Positions 26,813-35,479 of a stretch of 64,000 nucleotides of DNA are shown piece by piece (position 1 is the stretch's first letter; the number at the start of each line of letters is the position of its first letter). This DNA is from Bacteroidales bacterium (GTDB taxonomy: Bacteria > Bacteroidota > Bacteroidia > Bacteroidales > JAAUTT01): the NCBI GenBank assembly GCA_025361285.1, contig JANYAP010000068.1, positions 2,696 to 66,695 on the forward strand, in the 5' to 3' direction. The notes beneath the pieces were generated by a model that was not told the origin of the DNA, did not search any database, and saw only the letters and a list, made by a program, of their open reading frames with translations. Made by a program: the position numbers and the translations under genes.

Positions 26813-29428
26813 ATGTTGGTAAAGGTTAACTATATGCTCGATAACGCAAAAGCACGTGCCGTAATTATCGGAGTGGCTGTGAGCATTGTTGTTCCGGTTA
26901 TTGCCTGGATGATGGATATAATTGTGGCTGGCCAAATACTCAGCCTTGCTAATCTTTTGCAAATACATTTAAATCATCCTAGCCTTTTTCTTATCGATAT
27001 TATACCAATTGCGGTTGGGGTAATTATCTATATATCAATTAGTATAAGAGAAAAAGAAAAAAGCTTCTTCGAAGAAAAAATACTTCAACGCGATGAACGA
27101 ATAAATAAAAACGCATCGTTTGCAAAACGCATTGGCGAAGGCGATTATACAAGTCCTTTCGATTCGTCGGCTGGAGACGATGCACTGGGCGAATCGTTGC
27201 TTTTAATGCGCGACAACCTAATTTTAAATACCCATAAGGAAGCCGAACAAAGCTGGATAGCTGCTGGAAAGGAACAAATATCGAATGTTCTTCGTATTCA
27301 TAATAAAATTGATGTTCTTGCCTACGAAACATTGGTTTCGCTTACCAAATACATTAATGCAGTGCAAGGTGCTTTCTATTTGTTCGACGAAAACAAACAA
27401 GTGCTTACCAATATTTCAACTTATGCATTTAACCGCAAAAAATATATTAATCAGGAGTTTAAGGTAGGGCAGGGGCTTATTGGCGAGTGCGCTTACGAAA
27501 TGGATTTGGTTTATCGAACCGAAATTCCCGACGATTATGTTACAATTACCTCTGGTATTTTGGGCGATAAACGTCCTAAATCGATACTTATAGTTCCGCT
27601 AGTTTCCGACGAAAAGCTTCAAGGTGTAATAGAATTTGCATTTTTACTCGACGAGCTACCAGCACTTACTCGTCACTTTATGAAAGAGTTGGGCGAAATT
27701 ATTGCCCGTACAGTATTTAACCTTAGCGTAAACGAAAAAACGGAAACACTGCTCGAAGAATCGCGGCAAATGACAGGCGAACTTCAGGAAAACGAAGAGC
27801 AACTTAGGCAAAGCGCCGAAGAAATGCGTGCTACACAGGAAGAACTTCAGCGCTCAAACGAAAAACTCGAAGGACAAATTACCGAAGTGGAAAATGCACA
27901 AAAACGGCTTCACTCACTTCTCGAAAATGCTTCGGAAATTATTTTTATTTATGATGAAAGTCTTAATCTGGCATATATAAGTCCTTCAGTATCAAGCATA
28001 CTTGGATTTACGCCCGATGAAATGATGAAAGGAAAGGATTTCGACCGCCTTACACGTAAAGGCGAAGCCGAACTCCGATCCATGTTTAATCGATTGCTCG
28101 AAAATCCTACTGAACCTATTACAATTCAGTACACTTATATGAAAAAGGATGGGCAAAAAATATTTCTCGAAACAACAGGAAGGAATCTATTGTCCGATCA
28201 GGCATTGCATGGCATAATACTAAATTCGCAGGATATAACCGAACGTAAGCGCGCCGAAAAAGAAGAGCGGATGAAAAGCAAGATGCAAGCCCTCTCCGAA
28301 AACTCGCTCGATTTAATTATTCGGTTAAACATGCATGGTATGTTCTTCTACGCCAACCCAGTAGTGGAAGATTATATTGGCATGAAAAGCACTGAAATTA
28401 TGAATAAAACAATTCAGGATACTCAGATGCCCGAAAGTTTGCTAAACTACTTTCAAACAACACTCGTTGAGGTAAAAGCCTCGCCACAAAAGCGTAACAA
28501 CCAAATTTCGATTGCCGTTCAACTAGGCGAAAAGGAAGTGCAACGCATAATGAGCCTCGATGCTATTCCAGAATTTAATGAAAACGAATTGGAAACGATA
28601 TTGTTTGTAGGGCACGATATAACTGAGGCTAAACGTATTGAATTAGAAATTGCCGACAAAAATCGTAAAATTGAAGACAGTATAAACTATGCCGAAAGAA
28701 TTCAGTCGGCCATACTTCCCGACAACGACTTTATACGCGAATATCTGCCAAAATCGTTCATATTTTATAAGCCTCGCGATGTTGTTAGCGGCGATTTTCC
28801 TTGGTTCTTTAAGCGCGACGATACTCTTTATATTGCTGTAGTAGATTGTACAGGGCATGGTGTGCCAGGAGCTCTTCTTTCGTTCGTAGGCTATTTTATA
28901 CTTAATAATGTGGTGGATCACGATCGCGATTATTCCGCAGCCGAAGTATGCGATTTGCTGCATAATGGTGTGCGACATACACTTAAACAAAATCGCGAAG
29001 ATTCGCAGGGTAGAGATGGCATGGATATTGCCTTGGTAAAGTATAACCCGAAGAAAAACGAAATGCAATATGCAGGAGCCCACCGCCCTCTTTATTTTCT
29101 TCGCAATGGCGAACTAATTGAATATAAGGGCGATAGAAAAGCTATTGGCGGAATACCTTTAGGCAGCAAGCCCGAAAAGAACTTTACTAACTACGTTATT
29201 CCTCTCGAAACTGGCGATAAAGCATTCTTTTTTTCCGATGGATTAACCGATCAGCTTGGCGGTCCCGAATTTAAGAAATTTTCGCCAGGACGAGTACGCG
29301 AAATGATATCGCAAAATTCGAATAACACAATGGAAGAATATAATCAATTGTTCGACAAGGAGTTCTTTATATGGAAAGGCAAAGAAAAGCAAATTGACGA
29401 TGTTTTATTAATAGGAATTGAATTCTAA
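26813..29428 (+). CDS. membrane GAF-PAS-PAS sensor fused to a PP2C/SpoIIE-family Ser/Thr phosphatase (SiaA/RsbU-like)
   Basis: N-terminal TM helices. GAF region: 'GQGLIGECAYE..IPDDYVTITSGILGDKRPKSILIVPL'. Coiled coil: 'ENEEQLRQSAEEMRATQEELQRSNEKLE'. Two PAS blocks follow. The C-terminal 'ERIQSAILP...DVVSGDFPWF...VVDCTGHGVPGALLS...FFFSDGLTDQ' is typical of SpoIIE. Confidence 0.85.
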   Translation: MLVKVNYMLDNAKARAVIIGVAVSIVVPVIAWMMDIIVAGQILSLANLLQIHLNHPSLFLIDIIPIAVGVIIYISISIREKEKSFFEEKILQRDERINKNASFAKRIGEGDYTSPFDSSAGDDALGESLLLMRDNLILNTHKEAEQSWIAAGKEQISNVLRIHNKIDVLAYETLVSLTKYINAVQGAFYLFDENKQVLTNISTYAFNRKKYINQEFKVGQGLIGECAYEMDLVYRTEIPDDYVTITSGILGDKRPKSILIVPLVSDEKLQGVIEFAFLLDELPALTRHFMKELGEIIARTVFNLSVNEKTETLLEESRQMTGELQENEEQLRQSAEEMRATQEELQRSNEKLEGQITEVENAQKRLHSLLENASEIIFIYDESLNLAYISPSVSSILGFTPDEMMKGKDFDRLTRKGEAELRSMFNRLLENPTEPITIQYTYMKKDGQKIFLETTGRNLLSDQALHGIILNSQDITERKRAEKEERMKSKMQALSENSLDLIIRLNMHGMFFYANPVVEDYIGMKSTEIMNKTIQDTQMPESLLNYFQTTLVEVKASPQKRNNQISIAVQLGEKEVQRIMSLDAIPEFNENELETILFVGHDITEAKRIELEIADKNRKIEDSINYAERIQSAILPDNDFIREYLPKSFIFYKPRDVVSGDFPWFFKRDDTLYIAVVDCTGHGVPGALLSFVGYFILNNVVDHDRDYSAAEVCDLLHNGVRHTLKQNREDSQGRDGMDIALVKYNPKKNEMQYAGAHRPLYFLRNGELIEYKGDRKAIGGIPLGSKPEKNFTNYVIPLETGDKAFFFSDGLTDQLGGPEFKKFSPGRVREMISQNSNNTMEEYNQLFDKEFFIWKGKEKQIDDVLLIGIEF

Positions 29429-29458
29429 TTTACTCAATCAAACTAAAATGTAACTGGT

Positions 29459-30043
29459 ATGGGCACAAATGAAAAGAGAGATGTAAGGGGATTTTTGGAA
29501 TTTGTTTACGAGTTCTATAAATCGATGAAAGAACACGAAATTACGCTTGTTTACGAAGGCGAAATTACTCACCAAATTACCAAGGCATTCACCTCCCTCA
29601 CCGAGTCGAATATGGCGAAAGAGGAGGAATCGAATATGGTACAAAAAAAGGTGTTTCACGTAATGGTGGAATGTTTGCAAAACATTAGTAAGCACGCCGA
29701 CGATTATGGCGCCAACGATTATTTATTCTCGGGCCGTGGTATTTTTATGGTGTCGAAAGGGAAGGACGAATATTCCGTAACAACTGGTAATGCAATTGAG
29801 CATACCCGCATGCCCGAGTTGAAACGTATGCTCGAACAGGTAAATAGCCTCGATAAAGACGAACTTACCGAGCTATACAAGAAACAAATTAAAGAAGGAA
29901 GATTATCAGATAAAGGTGGTGCAGGTCTTGGTTTTATTGACATTAAGCGCAAAACAGGCCGTAATCTCGAATATCACTTTCTGCCAATTAACGATAACTC
30001 ATCGTTCTTCTTATTAACATCTACTATTTCACGAAATGCTTAA
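29459..30043 (+). CDS. SiaB-like (RsbW/SpoIIAB-type GHKL) protein kinase
   Basis: 194 aa. 'VMVECLQNISKHA' (N-box-like) and 'GGAGLGFIDIKRKTG' (G2 box). It sits immediately before a DUF1987 gene, as in siaB-siaC. Confidence 0.65.
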   Translation: MGTNEKRDVRGFLEFVYEFYKSMKEHEITLVYEGEITHQITKAFTSLTESNMAKEEESNMVQKKVFHVMVECLQNISKHADDYGANDYLFSGRGIFMVSKGKDEYSVTTGNAIEHTRMPELKRMLEQVNSLDKDELTELYKKQIKEGRLSDKGGAGLGFIDIKRKTGRNLEYHFLPINDNSSFFLLTSTISRNA

Positions 30044-30059
30044 ATAAAATATTGAAACT

Positions 30060-30437
30060 ATGGAAGTTTTCAAAATTATGGGTACTGACGATACCCCAGC
30101 AGTTACACTCGATGCCGCAAACAACATATTCGAAATCTCAGGTCGTTCGCTACCTGAAGATGTAAATGCTTTTTACAAGCCAATAATAAGTTGGATCGAT
30201 AAGTACAATATGGCGCCAAACGCAAAAACTATCTTTAACTTCAAGCTTGTATATTTTAATACAGCTTCGTCGAAGATGTTGCTCGATGTACTCATGAAAC
30301 TTGAAGATCTATTTAAAGCTGGTAAAGATATTACTGTTCGCTGGCAATATCCTGATGATGATGAGGATATGAAAGAGGCAGGCGAGGAATATGCCGATAT
30401 TGTTGATGTTCCGTTCGAGCAAATTGCAATATCCTAA
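30060..30437 (+). CDS. DUF1987 / SiaC-like regulatory phosphoprotein
   Basis: 125 aa. 'TPAVTLDAANNIFEISGRSLPEDVNAFY' and 'FKLVYFNTASSKMLLDVL' are family-typical. Residue 68 in the FNT motif is Thr. Confidence 0.7.
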   Translation: MEVFKIMGTDDTPAVTLDAANNIFEISGRSLPEDVNAFYKPIISWIDKYNMAPNAKTIFNFKLVYFNTASSKMLLDVLMKLEDLFKAGKDITVRWQYPDDDEDMKEAGEEYADIVDVPFEQIAIS

Positions 30438-30546
30438 TTCGAGTCTCTAGAAAAACAAATTTAATGCTCTATCTTATAATTGGGGCATTTATAATAATTA
30501 ATTGCCATAACCGGCTATACATGGCTTTTCATCAGAATAGAAATTT

Positions 30547-33500
30547 ATGAGTGAAGAGATTTTAAAAGCGTTGATGCAACTGTTTGCAATTATTGCTAAA
30601 CAGGATGAGGGTGTGGAACTTAGCGAACGAGAGTACGTTAAAACGTTCCTTACCCTACAGTTGAATGACGAAGCTGTAAATGAATATCTGGCACTGTTCG
30701 ATAGTTTTGCAGGTCTCGATAAAACCAGCGACGACAGCAACGAAGAGACTAGCAAAAAAAAGCTTACCTCGGTAAAGGATTCGGTTCGCATATTGGGCAT
30801 CTGTAAAAAAATTAATAAAACCCTTACGCAGGAGCAGAAGGTAGTTGTATTGGTGCGCCTTTTTGAGTTGGTAAATGCCGATCGCAAGTTTACCGATCAA
30901 CGAATGGCTATAATTAACACCGTTGCCGAAGTTTTTAATCTCGCTAAAGACGAGTTTAAGAGCATCGAAACATTTGTGGTTAAAAATCGCCCCGAAGCAC
31001 TCGATCAGCCCGATGTGTTGGTAATTGCCGACAAACCCGTTGCTAACCAACACAGCAAATTTATTCAAACCGAAAAACTCGATGGAAACCTTTATATTCT
31101 GCGAGTTGCTAGTGTCGACTTGTATTTCCTTAAATATACCGGTCGCGAGGATTTAATGCTTAACGGACTCGGTATTTCTAATAGGCGAATATACTTGTAT
31201 GCCAGTGGCAGTGCGGTAAAAATGCCCAAAGGAAAACCAGTTTATTACAGCGATGTGGTTGCTCACTTTCTGGCCGATATTACCTCTAACCGAATTTCGT
31301 TCGAAGTTACTAACCTCGAATTCCGCTTCCCCAATGGAAATGTAGGCTTACGAAATATTAGCTTTTCCGAGGGACAAGGCAAATTAATTGGAATAATGGG
31401 CGCTAGTGGAGCAGGCAAAACAACCTTGCTAAACGTATTATGTGGCTCGGAATTGCCATACAAGGGCGAAGTAATTATTAATGGTCATAATCTTCATAAA
31501 GAGAAGTATAACCTCGAAGGCGTTATTGGGCTTATTCCACAGGACGACCTACTTATTGAAGAACTAACCGTTTATGAAAACTTATATTATAACGCAAAAC
31601 TGTGTTTTAAAGACCAAACCGAAGAGGAAATAAACGACCGTGTAATCCGCACACTTTCTAGCCTTGGATTGTTGGAACGTAAGGATTTAAAAGTTGGTTC
31701 GCCACTTAACAAAACCATAAGCGGAGGCCAGCGGAAACGCTTAAATATAGCGCTCGAATTAATACGCGAACCATCTATTTTGTTTGTAGATGAGCCTACC
31801 TCAGGGCTTTCATCGCGCGACTCGGAAAACGTAATGGATTTACTTCGAGAACTTGCGCTTAAAGGAAAGCTTATTTTTGTAGTTATTCATCAACCATCGT
31901 CGGAAATATACAAGATGTTCGATAAGATGATTATCCTCGACACTGGTGGTTATCTGATATATTACGGAAATCCAGTTGAGGCAGTAATGTATTTTAAACG
32001 CATTGATGCTCAAATTAATAGCGATGTGGGCGAGTGCCCAGTTTGTGGAAACGTTAATCCCGAATTAATTTTTAATATAATTGAAGCTAAGGTAGTTGAC
32101 GAGTTTGGGCGATATACCGACAAGCGTAAAATTACTCCTACAAAATGGGAAGGTGTTTATGCCGACAACTTTCACCCCGAAAAAATGATGTCGGTGATGG
32201 AGGATCCCCCAAAATCGTTAAATATCCCAAACTGGCTAAACCAGATAAAAATATACACCATACGCGATTTTGTTTCGAAAGTAAGTAACACGCAATATAT
32301 AGCTCTAAATCTGCTCGATGCGCCTTTACTAGGCTTTATTTTGGCCTATGTTATAAGGTATATCTCCGATCCGGGTTCCGATGTTTATATTTTCCGTGAA
32401 AACGAAAATATTCCTATTTATATTTTCATGAGCCTTATAGTGGCTCTGTTTCTGGGGCTTATAGTTAGTGCCGAAGAAATATTTCGCGATCGAAAAATTC
32501 TAAAGCGCGAAGGTTTTCTTAACCTCAGTCGATCGAGTTATCTGCTTTCGAAAATCTTTATCTTATTCGTAATAAGCGCAATACAAAGTTTTACATTTGT
32601 GTTTATAGCAAATTCCATTCTGGGTATTAAGGATATGTATTTTACATATTGGTTTGCACTATTCACAACAGCTGCCTTCGCTAACATGCTGGGCTTAAAC
32701 GTTTCAGCTTCGTTTAATTCGGCTGTAACCATCTACATACTTATTCCTTTGTTAATGATTCCGATGATGATTCTTAGCGGAGCAATGTTTAGTTTCGATA
32801 AACTGAACAGGAACGTAGGAAGTGTGGATAAAGTGCCGCTATTAGCTGAAGTAATGGTAACTCGTTGGGCTTACGAAGCTTTGGTTGTGCATCAATATAA
32901 GGACAATAAGTTTGAAAAAGCGTTCTACGAAATTGAAAAGCGCGAAAGCAATGCAGATTTTAAGCAAGTTCACCTAATACCAGAGCTACAAAAGCGTTTG
33001 GACGATTGCAATGCCGAATTTTCGGTATCAGGAAAAATTACAAAAACCAAAGTTCAACTCGATGTGCTTAGGAACGAAATAGGTAAAGAATTGACAGTTA
33101 ATACTGATTTACCATTCCAAAACGCCGATGGAATTATTGCCGAAAAGTATAATGCAAAGATGGCTAAAGCGTTACAGTCTTTTATTGATAAAATGAAAGA
33201 TTCGTACACCAAAAAGTTTATGCAAGCCAATAAGGAAAAGGAAGATAAAATTGGTAACGAGCTTAAGAAAGATCCAGAAAGGTACCGACAGTACAAAAAT
33301 GCATATCACAACGAAAACCTGTCGGATTTGGTTAAAAAGGTACTCGAAAAAAACAAAATCCTCGAATACAATGGCCAACTAGTTCAACAAGTTGATCCTA
33401 TATACATGGATCCAACCATAAGTAATGAATTAAGCGTGCGCTCTCATTTTTTTGCGCCACGTAAACCGTTGTTAGGCAATTATTACGACACCTATTGGTA

Positions 33501-33621
33501 CAACATGGTTGTAATATGGCTTTTCACCATAATTTTGTACCTAGCACTTTACTTCGAATGGTTTTTAAAATTCATGAATTTGTTCGGAAAACTAAAACTT
33601 ACAAGAGAAAGTTCAAAATAA
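30547..33621 (+). CDS. ABCG/ABC-2-type ATPase-permease fusion with a ~270-aa N-terminal extension (TerB-like helical module + beta-rich module) and a C-terminal coiled-coil/TM tail
   Basis: Walker A 'GIMGASGAGKTTLLNVL', signature 'ISGGQRKRLNIA', Walker B 'ILFVDEPTSGLS'. Six TM helices at about aa 600-790. The N-terminus 'ILKALMQLFAIIAKQDEGVELSEREYV' is TerB-like. Confidence 0.85.
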   Translation: MSEEILKALMQLFAIIAKQDEGVELSEREYVKTFLTLQLNDEAVNEYLALFDSFAGLDKTSDDSNEETSKKKLTSVKDSVRILGICKKINKTLTQEQKVVVLVRLFELVNADRKFTDQRMAIINTVAEVFNLAKDEFKSIETFVVKNRPEALDQPDVLVIADKPVANQHSKFIQTEKLDGNLYILRVASVDLYFLKYTGREDLMLNGLGISNRRIYLYASGSAVKMPKGKPVYYSDVVAHFLADITSNRISFEVTNLEFRFPNGNVGLRNISFSEGQGKLIGIMGASGAGKTTLLNVLCGSELPYKGEVIINGHNLHKEKYNLEGVIGLIPQDDLLIEELTVYENLYYNAKLCFKDQTEEEINDRVIRTLSSLGLLERKDLKVGSPLNKTISGGQRKRLNIALELIREPSILFVDEPTSGLSSRDSENVMDLLRELALKGKLIFVVIHQPSSEIYKMFDKMIILDTGGYLIYYGNPVEAVMYFKRIDAQINSDVGECPVCGNVNPELIFNIIEAKVVDEFGRYTDKRKITPTKWEGVYADNFHPEKMMSVMEDPPKSLNIPNWLNQIKIYTIRDFVSKVSNTQYIALNLLDAPLLGFILAYVIRYISDPGSDVYIFRENENIPIYIFMSLIVALFLGLIVSAEEIFRDRKILKREGFLNLSRSSYLLSKIFILFVISAIQSFTFVFIANSILGIKDMYFTYWFALFTTAAFANMLGLNVSASFNSAVTIYILIPLLMIPMMILSGAMFSFDKLNRNVGSVDKVPLLAEVMVTRWAYEALVVHQYKDNKFEKAFYEIEKRESNADFKQVHLIPELQKRLDDCNAEFSVSGKITKTKVQLDVLRNEIGKELTVNTDLPFQNADGIIAEKYNAKMAKALQSFIDKMKDSYTKKFMQANKEKEDKIGNELKKDPERYRQYKNAYHNENLSDLVKKVLEKNKILEYNGQLVQQVDPIYMDPTISNELSVRSHFFAPRKPLLGNYYDTYWYNMVVIWLFTIILYLALYFEWFLKFMNLFGKLKLTRESSK

Positions 33622-33675
33622 TTATTAAATTTGTATTAATAGCAATAAAGTAAACAATAATTTAATTATCCTGCT

Positions 33676-34578
33676 ATGATTAAGCAACTAGTTTATTTAT
33701 TTATATGTAGCGTATTGGTGTTATCTTCCTGTAAAACAGGTGGATCAAAAAGTGGTGGAGAATTTGGCGAAAGCGACAGTTTAGCCAATGATGGAGCTTT
33801 ACCGATTTCGAAGGGCGCTATGGAAGATTTAGTTCAAAACATATCGTCGCCAATAGAAATGGCGGCTTTAATTAAGAGCCTTGGTGTACCTTTTTCACAG
33901 AAATATTTGGCACCAACTGATAATCTCGATAACTATAACACCAGCAATGCAAAAGCTGTAAATTTGGGCGTTTTTGGAGCCGATTTAGGTTATCTTAATA
34001 TGTACAGCAAAACATCGTCGGTGCTGTCGTATATTTCGGCAATAAAAACATTGTCCGATGGAATAAATGTTGGTCAGTTTTTTGATTTTACTACGTTAAA
34101 GCGGCTTGCAACCAATAACGAAAATATCGATTCGTTAATGTACATCTCCATACATAGTTTTAATGTAATGGACGAGTATTTACGTAAAAACAATAGGAGT
34201 AACCTTAGCGCCCTAATGGTTGCAGGTGTTTATATCGAGGGGCTTTACCTAATGACACAGGTGGCTAAAGAAAAACCCAATAGAAAATTGGCCGAAAGTA
34301 TTGGCGACCAGAAAACAATTTTCGAACAGATGCTGCTGATATTGAAAAACTATTCGAAAGACCCGTATTTCGCCGAGTTGATAAAAAATATGGAATTACT
34401 TAAAAAAGAGTTTTCGGAAATTACAATAACAATTGAAGTTGGTGAACCTAAATCGGTTGAAAAAAATGGAATGCTTACTATTATTCAAACCTCTAAAAGC
34501 ACCGTTCATATTACCGACGAACAATTAAAAAGAATTATACAGCAAACCGAAATATTACGTAACAGTCTTATTAAGTAA
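33676..34578 (+). CDS. hypothetical lipoprotein (mainly helical)
   Basis: Lipobox 'VLVLSSC' followed by a Gly/Ser linker. No family recognised. Lies 54 nt after the ABC gene. Confidence 0.6.
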   Translation: MIKQLVYLFICSVLVLSSCKTGGSKSGGEFGESDSLANDGALPISKGAMEDLVQNISSPIEMAALIKSLGVPFSQKYLAPTDNLDNYNTSNAKAVNLGVFGADLGYLNMYSKTSSVLSYISAIKTLSDGINVGQFFDFTTLKRLATNNENIDSLMYISIHSFNVMDEYLRKNNRSNLSALMVAGVYIEGLYLMTQVAKEKPNRKLAESIGDQKTIFEQMLLILKNYSKDPYFAELIKNMELLKKEFSEITITIEVGEPKSVEKNGMLTIIQTSKSTVHITDEQLKRIIQQTEILRNSLIK

Positions 34579-34657
34579 CTATTAGTGGTTTTACATTTCG
34601 TTATTTACTTTAAGTTTAGTAGTTTATTATATCTTTACAAAATAAAAATTGCACAAA

Positions 34658-35101
34658 ATGAAGCATATAACATATATTCTGGCGATAGTATTCCTGTCAA
34701 TGGGTTATATTGCAAATGCGCAAACGGAAGCGCAAAAAGTTGATATTTGTTCTGGTACAGCTGGTCTCGATGCTACATATCAGAAGGACTTTGTTGTTGA
34801 GCTAAATGCAGCACAGGGTAACGAAAAAGCCCCTACGGCCAAATATTCCCTTATCCTGCAAAAGGATACCAAGTATCGTTTAACCATCTGTACCGACGAC
34901 GATTCTCCAGGAAAAGGATATGTTCAACTTTTAGATACCAATACGCTATTAGGCAGCTCATATAATCCGCAAACAGGTAAGGAGTATAAAGGGTTCGATT
35001 TCGATTGTCAGAAAACAGGGGTGTATCATATTTTTGCTCAGTTTCAGGAAGGTAAAGCAGGCAAATCAATTGTAATTCTTTCGTTTATAAAAAAGCTCTA
35101 G
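34658..35101 (+). CDS. hypothetical small secreted protein
   Basis: Signal peptide 'MKHITYILAIVFLSMGYIANAQ'. An ATG was chosen over the upstream TTG. Confidence 0.55.
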   Translation: MKHITYILAIVFLSMGYIANAQTEAQKVDICSGTAGLDATYQKDFVVELNAAQGNEKAPTAKYSLILQKDTKYRLTICTDDDSPGKGYVQLLDTNTLLGSSYNPQTGKEYKGFDFDCQKTGVYHIFAQFQEGKAGKSIVILSFIKKL

Positions 35102-35139
35102 GCTCAAAATATAGACTTGAAAATATAGTTTATTAGAAA

Positions 35140-35166
35140 GGTTGACTCAGAAAGTCAGCCTTTTTT
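35140..35166 (+). terminator. rho-independent terminator closing the 20.9-35.1 kb co-directional block
   Basis: Stem GGTTGACT / AGTCAGCC, 5-nt loop, then TTTTTT. Confidence 0.75.
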
Positions 35167-35171
35167 GTTTA

Positions 35172-35295
35172 AGTAATATGTATTAAATAATCTCCTACTG
35201 CGTTGTTGATAAAATTTTAAAGCCTCACATACTTCAGTATGCTGCGTTTTAAAATTTTATCACGCCTTGTAGGAACTTATTTTCTACACATTACT
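35172..35295 (+). mobile_element. ~124-bp palindromic MITE-like element, copy A
   Basis: About 92% identical to the reverse complement of 37527-37649. Terminal inverted repeats AGTAATATGTA / TACACATTACT. Internal dyad TGATAAAATTTTAAA / TTTAAAATTTTATCA. Confidence 0.7.
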
Positions 35296-35317
35296 AATTT
35301 GTAATCAGAAATTTATG

Positions 35318-35341
35318 TTCAAATATAAATTTATATTTGAA
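35318..35341. promoter_or_regulatory. perfect 24-bp palindrome TTCAAATATAAATTTATATTTGAA
   Basis: Read directly. Lies about 140 nt upstream of the tonB-like start. Confidence 0.3.
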
Positions 35342-35479
35342 AAATCAGTGTATTTATCCAGAAAGGCATCATTTTTGCTAAGCATTTCTGCTTGCTGCGA
35401 TGCTATAAATTGAATATGAAAAAACACTTGTTTTTTTCATAAATAATTTAGCTACAAGGTATTGTGAGACTAAAAGAGA

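Noticed and set aside
30498-31068. Minus-strand ORFs (129 aa and 137 aa) antisense to the start of the ABC transporter gene
   Set aside because: They are shadow ORFs inside a well-supported CDS, with low-complexity composition and no motifs.
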